DNA from: Azolla caroliniana
Lineage: Eukaryota > Plantae > Polypodiophyta
Length of the DNA: 64,000 nucleotides
Direction: 5' to 3'
Assembly (NCBI GenBank): GCA_043228905.1
Contig: JBHGNT010000011.1
Span: 1,426,001-1,490,000 of the forward strand
Shown here: piece after piece, positions 61,401-64,000 of the stretch
How the letters are laid out: each line of letters starts with the position of its first letter
Position numbering within the stretch: the stretch's first letter is position 1
Program-made: the position numbers and the translations under genes
Notes under the pieces: model-generated
What the model was told of the DNA's origin: nothing
Database searches by the model: none
What the model saw: the letters and a program-made list of their open reading frames with translations, nothing else

Positions 61401-63609
61401 GCTCACATAAGGCAAAATCAGAGAATGACAACTTAGGTAAGTGGCCATAACGAGATAGGATTTCCATGCCATTTCTTGACATGTGGCCCAAACGACCATG
61501 CCAAATGCTCGTCATTGGCTGGTCTGTGACAGCCAACAAGTGTTCCTTTTGATGAACAAATAGAGGGTAGAGGGAACCAACTTTGTTCCCTTTTGCAACA
61601 ATCATATTTCCTTTCGTTATACGAAAGGATTGAGAAGCAAACATCACCTTATATCCATTGTCATCAAGCTGACCAACGGAGATCAAACTACGAGTTAGTT
61701 GGGGAACATGGCGTACATCTTTAATGGTCAAATGAGCACCATCACTAAAATGCATTGAGATATCTCCAATGCCAATCACATCACATTGATGTGAGTCTCC
61801 AAGTCGAACTTTCCCAAGCGACTTGGCTTCATAACATGTGAACCACTCTCTATGTGGAGTCACATGAAACGATGCACCGGAGTCCAACAACCACGTATAT
61901 GATGGAGAAAAAACCGTGTTCACCCCAGCATGTGTGCTAACATCATCTAGGACCAAGATGTCCGTCTCACCACATGTTGCATTTACTTCCTCCGTTTCCA
62001 ACGAGGAAGAGGGACCACTAGATTGTCTACCATGCCCTCTAGCATTATCTTTCTCCTTATTTTTAAGGGCATAACAATCTTTCTTAAGGTGACCCTTTTT
62101 ATGACAGTAATGGCACTCCATATTTTTCTTCCTAGATTTGCTTCTACCTCTATCATTTCCACCACTATTTCTTGTTTGGCTCCTACCACGATGTTGGTTC
62201 TTGCGAGGACCAACATCAGAAACATTATATGCATCTCCATTATGTGATGCAATCACAGATTTTCTACGAATTTCTTCACCTAAAAGTGCTCCACATATAT
62301 CATTATAGACTAGTTTCCCGTTTGGTGCACTAGCACTAATGGCAGTGCAAAAGGTGTCCCATGATGTAGGCAAAGTGCATAACAGAAATACACATTTCAG
62401 CTCATCATCCAAAATCATTTTCTGAGCTAGTAGTTGTGACCACAATGCATCAAAGTCGTTCAAATGAGAGGCGACACTGTCATTGTCCTTCATTCGAAGA
62501 TCATAAAGTTTTCTCATTAGATAAACTTTGTTTGATGCGGTCTCTTTTTCATATGTGTTGCATAATTTGGTCCATAGTATTTCAGCCGAGTCACAATCTA
62601 GGACCGTGAAATACACATTGTCGGCTAGGTGTAGTCTTATAGTAGACATTGCCAAGAGATCGAGCTCTTCCCAATCATCTTTGGTCATGCCCTCAGGTCT
62701 CTTGGCTTCACCACTTAATGGTCTTAATTGCCTTCTTTGAATCAGGACATCTCTCATCTGATTCTTCCACAAGGCAAAGTTGGATCCGTCAAATTTACGG
62801 ATCTCAAGGTGGTCTTTTCCACTCATAGGGTGATTTCTATGGGAATTGAACGAACCACCGCGTGAGGTACTTGAAACCTCGGACATTTCAGAGGCAGCCA
62901 TTTGGAAGCTAGGTAAACTTGGTCAATCCCAAATATAAACAACTAACAATAGTTGAGACACTACTCCCTACCTAGTCTCAAGCCGTGTTCTAGGGTAGGT
63001 ATGTGTGTTCGATTGAGGACAACACCTCTTTCTTATATCAGCCAAGGTAAAATGTCTGTAACCAAGACGTAACTTCAACGTCACAAACTCACATCAAGTG
63101 AGCAAGCATCGAAAGGAGAAAAAAAAGAAACCAAACACAGGTTCTTTTGCGTGTAAATCCTCACTTCTGTATACTAGAAACAACAAGTCTTCTCTGTTTC
63201 TACCTTCCACCAAGGTCTATTTTTCCCCAAAAAATAGGCACACAAAAAAAACTGTTCAAGACGGAAACGTGTAGTAGATATTACCTCTGTCGAGGTCCTG
63301 GAAAAATAGCATGCGCAGAGGGGGAAAAACGCAGAAATGTAGATGCTTGTTGCTACACACAGTCTCACAAAGTCCACGCTCTGATACCACTGTTGAATCT
63401 GGAGTAATGGAGGCGGACGAGCTGCTGTTTTCTGGCCTGCACAGAAAATGTCGAACACACACACACACAGAGAAAAACAGCACACACGAAAAAAACAGAA
63501 AAGAGAAAGACAAAACTTTTTGGGGGCCAATGAAACCCTCATTTCTATTAGTTTATATACCTATGCGTAAATAGTAAGAAATTACAGATTTGGCCTTTTC
63601 TTACTATCA
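58408..63609 (-). mobile_element. Intact Ty1/copia element (Tnt1/Tork-like), TSD TAGGT
   Basis: 219-bp LTRs at 58408-58626 and 63391-63609 that appear identical. iMet PBS at 63378-63389. PPT AGTGGGAGAT. TAGGT at 58403-58407 and 63610-63614. Confidence 0.97.
58750..62901 (-). CDS. Copia gag-pol polyprotein, 1383 aa, uninterrupted
   Basis: KFDGSNFALWK, CHYCHKKGHLKKDC, WLLDSGAS, WHGRLGH, VHTDVCGP, QMDVKTAFLHG, LYVDDML, YTDSDYAG and ADALTK. Confidence 0.96.
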   Translation of the reverse strand: MAASEMSEVSSTSRGGSFNSHRNHPMSGKDHLEIRKFDGSNFALWKNQMRDVLIQRRQLRPLSGEAKRPEGMTKDDWEELDLLAMSTIRLHLADNVYFTVLDCDSAEILWTKLCNTYEKETASNKVYLMRKLYDLRMKDNDSVASHLNDFDALWSQLLAQKMILDDELKCVFLLCTLPTSWDTFCTAISASAPNGKLVYNDICGALLGEEIRRKSVIASHNGDAYNVSDVGPRKNQHRGRSQTRNSGGNDRGRSKSRKKNMECHYCHKKGHLKKDCYALKNKEKDNARGHGRQSSGPSSSLETEEVNATCGETDILVLDDVSTHAGVNTVFSPSYTWLLDSGASFHVTPHREWFTCYEAKSLGKVRLGDSHQCDVIGIGDISMHFSDGAHLTIKDVRHVPQLTRSLISVGQLDDNGYKVMFASQSFRITKGNMIVAKGNKVGSLYPLFVHQKEHLLAVTDQPMTSIWHGRLGHMSRNGMEILSRYGHLPKLSFSDFALCEHCQHGKQTRSAHKTSVNSSTKPLDLVHTDVCGPMPTRSLGGALYFVTFIDDATRKVWAYPIKGKDDVYPTFRKWLSSVELEKDIKLKALRSDNGGEYTSHEFVDFCKSRGIRREFTAPYTPVQNGVAERMNRTIQDRVVSMLHHANLSQGFWAEAVLTAVHVINLSPNTAIGLRVAQEVWTGKTPHYAHLRVFGCEAYVHIPKTLRKKLDYKCRKCIFLGYGIDGQFGYRLWDPDTRTVVRSSDVVFDENKMHKQSVKEVEVRKVAFKDSTPFVDEKQKNLIDVDAPQSQKTVIDQDEDAQNDNAQHNDVQNDVFQQEYAHNDDAQNEVSHAQPDGTQVQDSLRRSMRVPKAPSKFADYVMLTDAGEPSCYNEAISVNDHVKWKQAMQSELDSIYKNGTWDLVPLPKDRKALPCKWVYKYKYTSDSASPKYKARLVAKGFKQEYGIDFDETFSPVVKMTTLRMLLSLAANQNLELVQMDVKTAFLHGDLDEDIYMEQPEGYEVLGKEHLVCKLKKSLYGLKQSPRLWYQKFDAFMKTQGCTRSNEDACLYTKNCSDGSFITLILYVDDMLIAGKNKDELSSLKKNLSQNFDMKDLGDAKHILGMRITRDRSKRCIYLSQAEYISKVLMRFNMENAKPLSTPLPSYVNLSTRDCPTSDEDKKFMSKVPYQSAVGSLMYAMIATRPDIAFAVGAVSRFMSNPGNKHWEAVKLILRYLCGTKNRCLCLGGGTVSIIGYTDSDYAGCSDSRKSTSGYIFQFMGGAISWRSRLQKCTALSTTEAEYVAASEACKEAVWLSRLACDMGISKLVPILFCDSQSAIALAKNPVYHAKTKHIGVRYHFIRECIAAGYISLEKVVSQDNAADALTKALSHEALEHCCHLMGIT

Positions 63610-64000
63610 TAGGTCATCTTTGTTTGACAGTCCGGCTACGGGATTGTCTTTGTCTAGCCAATTGGCACCGTCTATCTGATTGTTGCACCTTTGTTCGATC
63701 GTATGGCCGCCTATGTCATCGCCGAGACATGTCTTCTTCAAGCTCTAATTCTGATTGTGAGGATGATGAACCCAATCAGTGGTGATGATTCTTCCGCGGT
63801 GATTGATCCTTCTGCGCATCTAGGCAAGGAGAACACGCATCATATACCAAGTGATCCAAGCCTCCATAGTGATTCGCATTCTCCTCAATAAATTGTTTTT
63901 GATCCTGTTTTTTGTTTACATTGGCACAATAACATGTACATTCGCATAGCTTAACTTCATGAGAGAAACTATTGGCATGCCAAGTCTTGGCCAAAGCTGG

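Noticed and set aside
63615-64000. Another captured gene fragment in the L-associated region
   Set aside because: No protein motif was recognisable in the frames examined; a BLASTX search would be needed.

Overview
Eukaryotic plant DNA, most likely from a non-seed plant such as a bryophyte or lycophyte (inferred from Tcn1-like chromoviruses and plant tRNA-Trp/iMet primer sites). It is almost entirely a nest of LTR retrotransposons, with no intact host gene. Target-site duplications (TSDs) allow a reconstruction. A decayed + strand Ty3/gypsy element (A; pieces at 1-1815, 13726-15304, 44015-44888, 56607-56726) was stretched to more than 56 kb by three insertions: chromovirus B (1816-13725, holding C and C2), tRNA-Trp-primed element D (15305-44014, holding E, F and two nested sibling copia elements), and an inverted relative A' (44889-56606, holding a Tcn1-like fragment, a solo LTR and an LTR-linked segment with KCS and cyclin-B gene fragments). 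An intact copia with apparently identical LTRs lies at 58408-63609. The most notable signal is a tRNA-Trp-primed Ty3/gypsy system with four traits: (i) 4-bp TSDs centred on CpG; (ii) pol apparently expressed by a conserved -1 frameshift between protease and RT, plus a shared UAG between gag and protease; (iii) pol-less partners carrying gag and a repeat-protein ORF; (iv) a conserved LTR-end module shared by all members. Also notable are strong CCGG enrichment in several elements and host-gene capture.
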